DNA of 64,000 nt from Candidatus Desulfaltia bathyphila (lineage in GTDB: Bacteria > Desulfobacterota > Desulfobacteria > Desulfobacterales > ETH-SRB1), in the NCBI GenBank assembly GCA_014381545.1, contig JACNLL010000056.1:26846-90845 (forward strand), in the 5' to 3' direction. The notes under the pieces were generated by a model that made no database searches, was not told the DNA's origin, and saw nothing but the letters and a program-made list of their open reading frames with translations. Both the position numbers and the translations under genes were made by a program. Below are positions 55,777 to 64,000 of the stretch, piece by piece; the first letter of the stretch is position 1; every line of letters starts with the position of its first letter.

Positions 55777-57119
55777 TCTAAGCCAGTCTCAACCTCTTCC
55801 GCCCGGCCCATTGCCCAATACAGATAGGCTTTTGATATTTTGAAATCATATAACGCATTGTAATAATTAGTCATAGTCCTGGAAAGAAGTGTTTGTGCAT
55901 CCAGAACATCTGTTGAAGTGTCCATCTGTTCTTTATAGCGTTCTTCGCTGATTCTGAAGTTTTCTTTGGCCTGTTCAATGGCTTTTTTTACAGCCATAAT
56001 ATTTTGTTCGGATTCTTTGGTGTTAAGATGTGCCTGTTTTACTTCGAGATGAATATTGTCAATGATCTCGGCAAGTTGATATCGAGCCTGTGCAAAAGCG
56101 CTTAGTTTTTCCTTTACGCCGTATCTGGTTTTGCCCCATTCCCAGAAATTCCATGAAGCTGTGGCTGTTATATCCCAACTATCAGGATCACTTATCCCAT
56201 CTCCACCATCAGCATCAAAATCGGTCCCAACTTTATAATAATTACCTTCCAATGTTATTGATGGATAATAGTCTGTTTTCCCAAGCTTTAACTCTTTTTG
56301 TGCAATTTCAACCTGCAGTTCGGCCGCTTTTATTTCCAGACGGTTTTTTTCAGCCATATTAAAGCAAAAATCGATTTTCTTTTCAAAAAAACAATAATCA
56401 ATAATATCCTTGAGTTCGACAGGGGCATTAATTTGCCTGCGCAACAAAATATTAAAATTCGATTTTGCTGTTTCCAGGTTGTTTTGAGCAACGATAAGAT
56501 CCTGCCTGGCATTGGCCAGTTCAACCTGAGCTTTCAACAAATCGTTTAACGGGGTCATCCCGACCTCATAGAAATTTTTTGCCACATCCTTGTGAGCTGA
56601 AATCTGCGCAACCGCTTCTCTTGCAATTGCCGCCAGCTTTTGCGCCTTTAATAGAGTAAAATATACTTTATTTGCTTCAAAAACAACCGCCTGGCGGGCA
56701 GTCTTTTCATTAAGCCGCGCAAGGTCAAGATCAAGGGCCGCAATCTTATATTTGTTAATAAGGGAAAACCCTGTAAATACAGGCTGGGTGAATGTGCCTG
56801 TAAGGGTATACTTGTTTTTTGGAACCGCCGTGCCATGGACCGCCGTGGTTCGCTCTTCATAGTTACGCTTGTATTTATAGGTTGCGCCCAGGGTTGGAAG
56901 AAAATTGGTTCGTTGTTTCAGTTTAGCGGAAGCTGCGGCATTTGTATCCTCTCTGGAGGACTTAAGCCCGAGATTGGCCTTTATTGCCTGCCTGATTGTT
57001 TGTTCAAGAGTAAAGACCTCTTCGGCTTCATTAGCTTCGGCAAGGCAGGGGAAAACCAGAAAATGCCCAATAATTACAAAAAGAATTAAACAGTTATGGC
57101 AAAACTCGTTAAAATACAA
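55773..57119 (-). CDS. TolC-family outer-membrane channel protein
   Basis: Signal peptide. Duplicated OEP repeats (TLEQTIRQAIKANLGLKSS... and LNDLLKAQVELANARQDLIVAQNNLETAKSNFNILL). Its stop overlaps the ftsE start by 4 nt. Confidence 0.8.
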   Translation of the reverse strand: MYFNEFCHNCLILFVIIGHFLVFPCLAEANEAEEVFTLEQTIRQAIKANLGLKSSREDTNAAASAKLKQRTNFLPTLGATYKYKRNYEERTTAVHGTAVPKNKYTLTGTFTQPVFTGFSLINKYKIAALDLDLARLNEKTARQAVVFEANKVYFTLLKAQKLAAIAREAVAQISAHKDVAKNFYEVGMTPLNDLLKAQVELANARQDLIVAQNNLETAKSNFNILLRRQINAPVELKDIIDYCFFEKKIDFCFNMAEKNRLEIKAAELQVEIAQKELKLGKTDYYPSITLEGNYYKVGTDFDADGGDGISDPDSWDITATASWNFWEWGKTRYGVKEKLSAFAQARYQLAEIIDNIHLEVKQAHLNTKESEQNIMAVKKAIEQAKENFRISEERYKEQMDTSTDVLDAQTLLSRTMTNYYNALYDFKISKAYLYWAMGRAEEVETGLE

Positions 57120-57145
57120 TTTATAACCTATCTCTTTTTTTTAGA

Positions 57146-57175
57146 TTGACCAAAATTAATTTTCTATGATATTAT
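57146..57175 (+). promoter_or_regulatory. Candidate sigma-70 promoter of the pyrE leader
   Basis: TTGACC (57146-57151), 18-nt spacer, TATTAT (57170-57175). Confidence 0.4.
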
Positions 57176-57222
57176 ATTTTTTAAGGTTAGGGAGTGCTGT
57201 TTCCAGTTTTCCTTACTCAAAG

Positions 57223-57274
57223 CCTCCACTGAATCCCATAAACAGGCTTCTTCCAGTTCAGTGGAGGTTTTTTT
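57223..57274 (+). terminator. Intrinsic terminator/attenuator in the pyrE 5' leader
   Basis: Perfect 11-bp stem cctccactgaa/ttcagtggagg (57223-57233 and 57257-57267) followed by 7 T (57268-57274), 38 nt before the pyrE ATG. There is no upstream plus-strand gene to terminate. Confidence 0.6.
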
Positions 57275-57312
57275 ATCTTATAATTGCCCCAAAATCAACA
57301 ATTACTTGAAAA

Positions 57313-57885
57313 ATGAGGATACAGGCCATGAAACAGGAACTCGTTGAAATGCTTTGTCGAAAATCTTTTAAATATAGCGACAAACCGACCTTTAAGCTCG
57401 TTTCAGGCAACATGAGTTGTTTTTATGTTAATTGCAAACCAACTACCCTGAGCCCAAGAGGCATGTTTTTAATCGGTCACCTTGTGTTTGATGCGATTAA
57501 AGATCTGAATGTTGCGGCAATCGGCGGGCTTACATTCGGCGCAGATCCTATTGCCGTCGCGACCGCTTTTGCCTCTGAATTAAATCAAAAACCTATAAAT
57601 GCCTTTTCAATACGCAAGACCATGAAAGATCACGGAATTGTCAGGTGGATCGAAGGGGATGTAAAACCCGGCGACAGGGTCGTGATAATAGATGATGTGG
57701 CTACAACCGGGGGCTCGACGATCAAGGCAATTGAGCGGGCAAGGGCTGAAGGCCTGGAGGTGGTTAAGGCTGTAATACTGGTTGATCGCCAGGAAGGAGG
57801 TCTTGAAAATATCCGCAAACAGGTGCCGGATGTTTCTGCAATCATTTCAAGGGATGAGCTTGTAAGTTGCGCACGCATCCTCTGA
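57313..57885 (+). CDS. pyrE: Orotate phosphoribosyltransferase
   Basis: PRPP loop [13 protein letters not shown]. Size and N-terminal FKLVSG pattern fit. The 3' end overlaps convergent queD by 39 nt. Confidence 0.9.
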   Translation: MRIQAMKQELVEMLCRKSFKYSDKPTFKLVSGNMSCFYVNCKPTTLSPRGMFLIGHLVFDAIKDLNVAAIGGLTFGADPIAVATAFASELNQKPINAFSIRKTMKDHGIVRWIEGDVKPGDRVVIIDDVATTGGSTIKAIERARAEGLEVVKAVILVDRQEGGLENIRKQVPDVSAIISRDELVSCARIL

Positions 57886-58221
57886 TTCCCATGCTGTCAC
57901 ACTTGTAATCTTTATGTCATCGTTTTCTATTACTGCTTGCAGTTCCCCTGCAATATAAAATGCGATATTTTCAGATGACGGATTCTTATTGCGAAAACAA
58001 TCAAGTTCATTGAGGACACAGTGGTCAAGTTTTGCGGTAATTTCGGCAACACACTTCTTTATTTCTCCGAAATCAATTATAACTCCGGCGTTGTTTAATT
58101 TTTTACTTCTTACACAAACCTCAATCTTCCAGTTGTGACCATGCATATTCTCACATTTTTTTGCCACCATCTTGAGCCGGTGGGCTGCTGCAAAATGGGT
58201 GATAACCTTTAACTCAAACAT
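57847..58221 (-). CDS. queD: 6-carboxy-5,6,7,8-tetrahydropterin synthase
   Basis: FAAAHRL...[13 protein letters not shown]...VTAWESE pattern, 124 aa. Confidence 0.9.
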   Translation of the reverse strand: MFELKVITHFAAAHRLKMVAKKCENMHGHNWKIEVCVRSKKLNNAGVIIDFGEIKKCVAEITAKLDHCVLNELDCFRNKNPSSENIAFYIAGELQAVIENDDIKITSVTAWESEDACATYKLIP

Positions 58222-58241
58222 TTTATAAAATACCTTTTTAT

Positions 58242-59357
58242 TTATCCGGAAGCTGTTGTGTGAGCGCCTTTGAACATATTTTTTAATTTTGTTGACAGCT
58301 TGCTTGATTCGAGTTTCGCAAACTCCTTGAGAAGCTCTTCCTGTTTCCCGGAAAGATTGGTGGGTGTGCTAATAATAATTTGCATTATCTGGTCGCCGCG
58401 GCTGCCATTTCTGAGAGAGGGTATGCCCAGCCCCGAGAAACGCAATACATCTCCAGGCTGTGTGCCTTTGGGAATTACAAGCTTTTTTTCATTGTTTAAT
58501 GTGGGCACCATTATTTTATCGCCAAGAGCGGCCTGTGTAAATGATATCGGCACACGGCATATAACATCCGTATTGCTGCGCTCGAAGAATTCATGGGGTT
58601 CTACAGTAATAAAAACATAAAGATCTCCTGGAGGACCACCATAAAGCCCTGCCTCTCCTTCACCTGTCAAACGAAGCCTGGAACCTGAATCTACACCCGC
58701 CGGCATTTTAACAGAAACCTTTTTGCTGACCATCACCTGCCCTGTCCCATTACAATGAGAGCATGGATGAGGTATGGACTGACCCTGGCCGCGGCATGTC
58801 GGGCAGGTAGTCCTTACCGTAAAAAAACCTTGAGACCTGGAGATCTGGCCGGTGCCGCCACAGCGTCTGCAGTTTTCCGGCTGTGTGCCCGGCTTGCAGG
58901 CATTGCCGTTACATGTAGAGCAGACCTCCATTTTTTCAATATTTATTTTCGTATCTGTTCCAAAGGCCGCTTCCATGAAGTTTAAGTTTAAATTATAACG
59001 AAGATCCGCTCCTCTCTGCACCCTTGTCCTGGAACCTGTTGTTGTTCTGAATCCAAAAAAATCCTCAAAAATGTCTCCAAAGCTTGAAAAAATATCATCA
59101 AAACCGCCAAAACCTGAAAAACCGGTTCCTTCAATACCCTGGTGTCCATACTGATCATAAATGTTGCGCTTCTGGGGGTCATGAAGCACCTCATAAGCTT
59201 CGGCAGCCTCTTTGAAACTTTCTTCCGCTGTTTTGTCGCCGGGGTTTCTGTCAGGATGGTATTTAAGGGCCTGTTTGCGGTAGGCGGTTTTTATTTCATC
59301 TTCAGAGGCATTGTGGTTTATGCCAAGAATTTCATAGTAATCACGTTTAGCGGTCAT
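58242..59357 (-). CDS. dnaJ: Molecular chaperone DnaJ
   Basis: J-domain DYYEILGI...[10 protein letters not shown] region. Four CxxCxGxG zinc motifs. Confidence 0.95.
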   Translation of the reverse strand: MTAKRDYYEILGINHNASEDEIKTAYRKQALKYHPDRNPGDKTAEESFKEAAEAYEVLHDPQKRNIYDQYGHQGIEGTGFSGFGGFDDIFSSFGDIFEDFFGFRTTTGSRTRVQRGADLRYNLNLNFMEAAFGTDTKINIEKMEVCSTCNGNACKPGTQPENCRRCGGTGQISRSQGFFTVRTTCPTCRGQGQSIPHPCSHCNGTGQVMVSKKVSVKMPAGVDSGSRLRLTGEGEAGLYGGPPGDLYVFITVEPHEFFERSNTDVICRVPISFTQAALGDKIMVPTLNNEKKLVIPKGTQPGDVLRFSGLGIPSLRNGSRGDQIMQIIISTPTNLSGKQEELLKEFAKLESSKLSTKLKNMFKGAHTTASG

Positions 59358-59412
59358 TTAGCTTCCTGATATTGTTACGGCTCTCATGTTGTCACGGCTT
59401 TTTTGATATGAT

Positions 59413-59537
59413 ATAAACTTTCAGATAAATAATTTCACTGCGTTATCGGTCGGACTTCTCGACGACGTACTAACATATGTACGCCTTACTCGAAGTCCTC
59501 CCTCTAGCCTTGTGAAATGAATTATCTGAAAGTTTAT
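59413..59537. repeat. 125-nt nested near-perfect palindrome in the dnaJ/ubiE divergent intergenic region
   Basis: Outer arms ataaactttcagataaataatttcac and gtgaaatgaattatctgaaagtttat. Inner arms ggacttctcgacgacgtac and gtacgccttactcgaagtcc. Confidence 0.8.
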
Positions 59538-59577
59538 AGCTACACTTAATTTAAAAAACATAATACACAAGGCATGG

Positions 59578-60297
59578 TTGTCAATGAAGAATGTAGAGCT
59601 TCCCTTTGTAAGGAAGATGTTTGAGCAAATAGCGCCAAGGTATGATCTGTTAAACCGTCTTTTAAGCTGCAGGCAGGATGTTTACTGGAGAAAGATGATG
59701 GTGTCTGAGCTAAAGGTTCCTGCCGACGGGCTATTGCTGGATGTGGCCTGTGGAACCGGCGATGTTGCCATTGAAATAATCCGGCAAAAAGGGTCATCTG
59801 TAAAAGTTTGCGGTATCGACTTTTCAACATCCATGCTCATGCTTGCCAGGGATAAAACAAGATCTATGCATGCCGGCTCAAACATTCATCTGCTTTCCGG
59901 AAACGCATTGAATCTTCCGTTTAAGGCGGAAACCTTTGACGCTCTTACAATTGCTTTCGGCATCAGGAACATTGTTGACAAGTTATCAGCTTTACAGGTT
60001 TTTTATAGAACGTTAACCAGCAACGGAATGATTCTTGTACTTGAATTGGCCTTTCCTAAAAAAGGATTGCTGCCGGCCTTTTACCATTTTTATTTTAGGA
60101 AAATTCTGCCTGTTATAGGACAGTTGTTTTCAAAAAATCTAAAGGCATATCAATACCTTCCCTGTTCTGTTGAAAATTTTCCAGATCCTTATTCATTTGC
60201 CGCAACAATGCGTAAGGCAGGGTTTCAAGATGTCAGATGGAAAAAACTGGCGCTTGGAATTGCAGTATTGTATGTTGGCTATAAGAAAAAACCATAA
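59578..60297 (+). CDS. ubiE: Demethylmenaquinone/ubiquinone C-methyltransferase
   Basis: FEQIAPRYDLLNRLLS, SAM motif LDVACGTGD, FGIRN. Confidence 0.9.
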   Translation: MSMKNVELPFVRKMFEQIAPRYDLLNRLLSCRQDVYWRKMMVSELKVPADGLLLDVACGTGDVAIEIIRQKGSSVKVCGIDFSTSMLMLARDKTRSMHAGSNIHLLSGNALNLPFKAETFDALTIAFGIRNIVDKLSALQVFYRTLTSNGMILVLELAFPKKGLLPAFYHFYFRKILPVIGQLFSKNLKAYQYLPCSVENFPDPYSFAATMRKAGFQDVRWKKLALGIAVLYVGYKKKP

Positions 60298-60309
60298 AAC
60301 ATAAAAAAA

Positions 60310-60348
60310 GCCCTGCATGCTAAAGTAAAGCGATGCAGGGCTTTTTTT
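60310..60348. terminator. Bidirectional intrinsic terminator between convergent ubiE and ppaC
   Basis: Stem gccctgcat/atgcagggc, flanked by an A-run upstream (60303-60309) and a T-run downstream (60342-60348). Confidence 0.75.
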
Positions 60349-60364
60349 GTAATTATTTAATCAT

Positions 60365-61288
60365 TTAACCGGCAAAGGCTTTTTCAAGATTGGGAACAAC
60401 CTGTTTTTTGCGGCTCATAACGCCGTCCAGCCAGACTTTTCCTCCAGCAGGAGCTGCGCCAAATGCCTTTTCCACTACAGAAGGATCATCAGAGGCAATC
60501 AGCATTTCAGTGCCTTCTTTTATGATATCGGTCAACATCAGGAAAACAGAGTGTCTGCCGCCTTCTTCTTTAAGGGCCTTGATATCTTCAACCAGAGCCG
60601 GTTTAACACTATCCAGAAGAGACAGATCAACAACTTCAAGCTGACCAATCCCTACCTTATTTCCGCTCATATCAAAGTCTTTATAATCGCGTAATACCAA
60701 TTCTCTGGCAGGAGTGCCTTCAATAGCAGATTTTACCTTGAACATCTCCATGCCAAGAGCTTTTAAATCAGACTCACCGGCAATCTTTGCCAGGGCCTCG
60801 CATGCCTCTTTATCCTTATCCGTACACGTAACCGATTTGAAGATAACGGTATCGCTCAAGATTGCGCAAAGCATGATCCCTGCGATATCTTTTGGAATTT
60901 CAACTCCAAAGAAATCGTACATGGCCTGAAGGATTGTACAACTGCAACCGACCGGCCAGATCCAGGCTTCTAATGGATTGGGGGTAGTTACATCGCCCAG
61001 TTTGTGATGGTCCACGATTCCCAGAATTTCGGCTTCGCTCAAATCGTCCAGACTCTGAGTAAGGTCGGAATGGTCAACAAGGATAACCTGCTTGCCGGCG
61101 CCACTGCTCAACAGCTCAGGAGCGTTAACACCGAATTTTTCCAGAACAAACTTTGACTCAGGGTTGAGCTCCCCCTGTACCGCAGCTACGGACTCCACAC
61201 CAAGCTTGGTTTTAAGATCAGCCAGAGCGATAGCGGCACACACGGAATCGCTGTCAGGATTTTTATGCCCAAAAATATAAACTGCCAT
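60365..61288 (-). CDS. ppaC: Manganese-dependent inorganic pyrophosphatase (family II, DHH)
   Basis: VYIFGHKNPDSDS, DHH motif VDHHK, DHHA2 C-domain, 307 aa. Confidence 0.9.
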   Translation of the reverse strand: MAVYIFGHKNPDSDSVCAAIALADLKTKLGVESVAAVQGELNPESKFVLEKFGVNAPELLSSGAGKQVILVDHSDLTQSLDDLSEAEILGIVDHHKLGDVTTPNPLEAWIWPVGCSCTILQAMYDFFGVEIPKDIAGIMLCAILSDTVIFKSVTCTDKDKEACEALAKIAGESDLKALGMEMFKVKSAIEGTPARELVLRDYKDFDMSGNKVGIGQLEVVDLSLLDSVKPALVEDIKALKEEGGRHSVFLMLTDIIKEGTEMLIASDDPSVVEKAFGAAPAGGKVWLDGVMSRKKQVVPNLEKAFAG

Positions 61289-61470
61289 ATCAAACCTCCA
61301 AAAATTACAAAATTAATATTAACTTCACCACATTGCTTTGTTTCCAATAAATTTTGTGTTAATTAGCAAAATACGCAAATTCTGTCAAGAAACAAAAGCA
61401 TGACGGGGTCTTTGACTTGCCTTGGGCTAATACTTTTATTAGTATATCAAAATATTAACAGGAGCCACAA

Positions 61471-61926
61471 ATGAGAGTAATACAGGGCGACTTAGTGAAG
61501 CTGGCGATAGACAAAGAGTTCGATATAATCATTCACGGTTGCAATTGTTACTGTGCGATGGGTGCGGGTATAGCCAAAGCTATCAGAGATACATTTCCGG
61601 AAGCCTGCGATGCGGATTTGAAGACTGAGAAAGGCTCTCCAGACAAGTTGGGAACCATTTCGTACGCAACTGTGTCTCGAAGTGATCACGAGATAACAAT
61701 AGTCAACGGCTATACTCAATATCATTGGAAAGGCCCGGGAATTTTAGCTGATTACAATGCCATCAGGTCGGTCATGCGCCACGTGAAAGCTAAGTTCTCC
61801 GGGAAGAGAATTGGGTATCCAAGGATCGGTGCCGGCCTGGCAAAAGGAGATTGGAACAAGATCTCCAAGATAATCGACAAAGAGCTGGCCGGCGAAGAAC
61901 ACACGCTGGTGGAGTTCGCTACATAA
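61471..61926 (+). CDS. Small macro-domain-like protein
   Basis: GDLVKLAIDKEFDIIIHGCNCYCAMGAGIAKAI...GYPRIGAGLAKGDW resembles short macro (ADP-ribose binding/processing) domains. Recognition-level call only. Confidence 0.5.
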   Translation: MRVIQGDLVKLAIDKEFDIIIHGCNCYCAMGAGIAKAIRDTFPEACDADLKTEKGSPDKLGTISYATVSRSDHEITIVNGYTQYHWKGPGILADYNAIRSVMRHVKAKFSGKRIGYPRIGAGLAKGDWNKISKIIDKELAGEEHTLVEFAT

Positions 61927-62124
61927 TTGAGCGCAAATGGTCAAATCTACGTTTGACCCCTTTAATCCGAAGTTGTTATATTAATTGCAAGGTTGCTTTT
62001 CTTTACAAATCCAACTGATATCCAGCAGAAGATTCGCTTACGTGGTTTGACTGGCGCCGTTACTCTTTCAGGCAGGATAAGATGCCGGTACCGGAAGGAT
62101 GGCACGAGGCTTATGCAAATGCTT

Positions 62125-62592
62125 CTATTCAACCACCCAGACTGTACAATTACGCGCATAGTTAACAATCTTGCTGGATACACTGCCGAAGAGGAATTCC
62201 TCGCTTCGTGAAAGCCCTTGTCTTCCAACGACCACGGTGCTGTATTCTGTCTCATCTCTTTCTTCCAGAATACATTGTGCCATGGATGGACAGTAACGCA
62301 AGGTAGAGCGAACCGAAACCACGCTCCGATCAAAACCATACTGTATCAATATCTGACGGTAGTCTTCAAGCATTTTATCAACTTTCTTTTTATACTGGTT
62401 GAGCCATTTCTCCTTTTCATCAGTTGTAGGAAAGTAATCTTCTTCCGGTTCATTAATTACATGCAAAATAGTAACACTGAAGCCCTCTGCGCCTTCCAGA
62501 AGTTGAGCCACATATAAAACCGCACGACGGGCATTCTCTGACTCATCAACTGCAATAAGAATATTCTTATTAAAAGTATGCTCTTTATTCAT
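62125..62592 (-). CDS. Universal stress protein (UspA family)
   Basis: ILIAVDESENARRAV, and C-terminal GSVSSKIVNYARNCTVWVV ATP-binding-type motif. Confidence 0.8.
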   Translation of the reverse strand: MNKEHTFNKNILIAVDESENARRAVLYVAQLLEGAEGFSVTILHVINEPEEDYFPTTDEKEKWLNQYKKKVDKMLEDYRQILIQYGFDRSVVSVRSTLRYCPSMAQCILEERDETEYSTVVVGRQGLSRSEEFLFGSVSSKIVNYARNCTVWVVE

Positions 62593-62614
62593 GCTCTTTT
62601 CCTCCTTGCAAGTG

Positions 62615-63574
62615 CTAATGTATTAGTAGTAAATCCTCCAGCAACTGACTGGTGTTATCATAAAACCAGTTGGCGCCTCGCGAAAAATGCAGGAGCACCC
62701 TGTTAAGGGTTTCAGGTATATAGGGATAAACCTTTTTTAAATTTGCCACACGATTGTGAAAAACAATATTAACATCATCATCTGTCAGCGAACTTAAAAC
62801 AGGATGGTTTTGATTCGTAAGGTCAGTCATCATTAGGTCGCCCATTCCCGTCAAAAATATTAAAACATTACCCAGCCCAAAGAGATCATAAGCATATATA
62901 TTCTCTCTCTGCTTGTAATTATAGTCAAAATCTATCCAGCGGAAATCTCCGCTGTCCCTGTCAATTAAAATATGATCTCTACGAATATCGCCGTGCTTCT
63001 CACCATTTTCGTGTAGAAATCTAATAGCCTTAATACACTCAATATAGCTATTTAAGATGTCGGGAAACAGCTCATAAAAATAGGTCTTATGATCAAGATT
63101 TAAATTTTGCACATAATCATGGATAGTTTTTCCATTAATTATGTCTAATACTCTAACAATATTTCCCTTTTCATCCTCTACTGCATATCCATGCATGAAA
63201 TTTTTATGACCCGCCACCAGCTTCAAAATACGCGCCTCTTTTCTGGGACTTCTAAAGCACTCGAACGGAATGCCTGCTATAGTAGCCATAAACTTTTCAT
63301 GAAAAACAAGTTTTATGATCTTCCTGCTTCCATCGGTTAAATCAATTGATCGTTTAACCCAAAATTTTTCCTCATCATCAAGCCCGAAACGTCCTTCCTT
63401 TGCATTATGCTGAATCAGGAAAGGTTTTTCATTAAGAACGACCACACTTCCATATTCGACACGGAAAAAATCTGAGGTATCCTTATAAATTTTAAACCGA
63501 TAACTTTCCGCGCGAGGAGAAGCCCAGCGCGCAACCATTTGATGAAGAGTCTCTTGAGATATAGATTTTGCCAT
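62615..63574 (-). CDS. Atypical protein-kinase-like fold protein
   Basis: HGDIRRDHILID (HRD-like catalytic loop) and WIDFDYNY (DFG-like). No clear glycine-rich loop. Confidence 0.4.
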   Translation of the reverse strand: MAKSISQETLHQMVARWASPRAESYRFKIYKDTSDFFRVEYGSVVVLNEKPFLIQHNAKEGRFGLDDEEKFWVKRSIDLTDGSRKIIKLVFHEKFMATIAGIPFECFRSPRKEARILKLVAGHKNFMHGYAVEDEKGNIVRVLDIINGKTIHDYVQNLNLDHKTYFYELFPDILNSYIECIKAIRFLHENGEKHGDIRRDHILIDRDSGDFRWIDFDYNYKQRENIYAYDLFGLGNVLIFLTGMGDLMMTDLTNQNHPVLSSLTDDDVNIVFHNRVANLKKVYPYIPETLNRVLLHFSRGANWFYDNTSQLLEDLLLIH

Positions 63575-63659
63575 AACTACTTCTGTCTTGTTGAAATTAT
63601 TAACATTATCTTACGGCCTCAACCGGTTGGTGTCAAATCATAACGGGCTGTTGCTCTCG

Positions 63660-64000
63660 CTATGGGGTAAAGTTTAATCCCTCAGCATAGATTTCTACAG
63701 GATGTTTAACAACAATTTTGCTTTGCGACCTGGAAAGCATGTCTGAAAGCTGAATCATGCAGGCAGGGCATCCGGTGGCAACCATAGAACATCCGGTGCT
63801 TAAGATGTTTGTTAGTTTCCGTTTTCCGATTTGAAATGAAAGAGCATAGTGCTGCAGATTAAAGCTTCCGCCCGACCCGCAACACCTGTCTGCTTCTGGC
63901 ATCTCTCGCAGACAGTATCGAGGATTGGCCTTAATGAGCGTCCTGGGTTCTGCCGACACTCCAAGAGATTTTGAAAGGTGGCAAGGATCGTGATAGGTTA
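63660..64000 (-). CDS. Fe-S oxidoreductase with CCG domain (GlcF/GlpC/HdrD-like), C-terminal fragment
   Basis: The frame stays open upstream of the listed GTG to the window edge (TYHDPCHLSKSLGVSAEPR...). CCG motifs CCGSGGSF and GCPACMIQL. Confidence 0.7.
   Translation of the reverse strand, partial: TYHDPCHLSKSLGVSAEPRTLIKANPRYCLREMPEADRCCGSGGSFNLQHYALSFQIGKRKLTNILSTGCSMVATGCPACMIQLSDMLSRSQSKIVVKHPVEIYAEGLNFTP

Noticed and set aside
57847-57885. 39-nt convergent overlap of the pyrE and queD 3' ends as a regulatory antisense feature
   Set aside because: Both C-termini look plausible and nothing further supports a function. I note it only as a compact-genome arrangement.
59413-59537. CIRCE/HrcA operator upstream of dnaJ
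   Set aside because: The palindrome does not resemble TTAGCACTC-N9-GAGTGCTAA.

Overview
AT-rich (about 40% GC by eye) bacterial chromosomal window. Gene content (CooC-like ATPase, DUF4390-ntrY-ntrX, purF-like next to carB, Mn-dependent PpaC, many TPR lipoproteins) suggests an anaerobic Desulfobacterota-like organism; that placement is inference only. No rRNA, CRISPR array, integrase, transposase or phage gene is visible. All domain calls come from reading motifs in the supplied translations; no searches were run.

Right half (28-64 kb): ordinary housekeeping genes. These are trkAH, birA-bioYMN, an acuC/acuB-like pair, ntrYX, lpxC, carB, a tolC-ftsEX-envC-ctpA-yibQ-ychF string, pyrE, queD, dnaJ, ubiE and ppaC.

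Left 25 kb: the unusual part, almost entirely cell-envelope genes.
- A peptidoglycan-remodelling set: a Tat-signal amidase, SpoIID and a giant beta-helix lipoprotein.
- A cAMP module: two CHASE2 proteins, FecR and Crp.
- An Mla/MCE-like operon whose only ABC ATPase has lost every catalytic motif. It continues into uncharacterised lipoproteins and faces a convergent operon of paralogous lipoproteins plus a DolP-like BON protein.
- Two modules recur across at least eight exported proteins, often fused to TPR: an LPP20/FlgP/FlgT-N-like module and a CsgG/LpoB/DUF799-like module.
- This 16.4-25.3 kb supercluster is my best candidate for an undescribed system.

Non-coding DNA is also remarkable.
- About a dozen intergenic loci carry hairpins whose arms are degenerate 7-8 nt tandem repeats.
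- There are several REP/MITE-like families.
- One repeat is inserted in frame into ftsX.
- One heptamer array appears to be translated as a signal-peptide N-region.
- A 255-bp palindromic element occurs twice.
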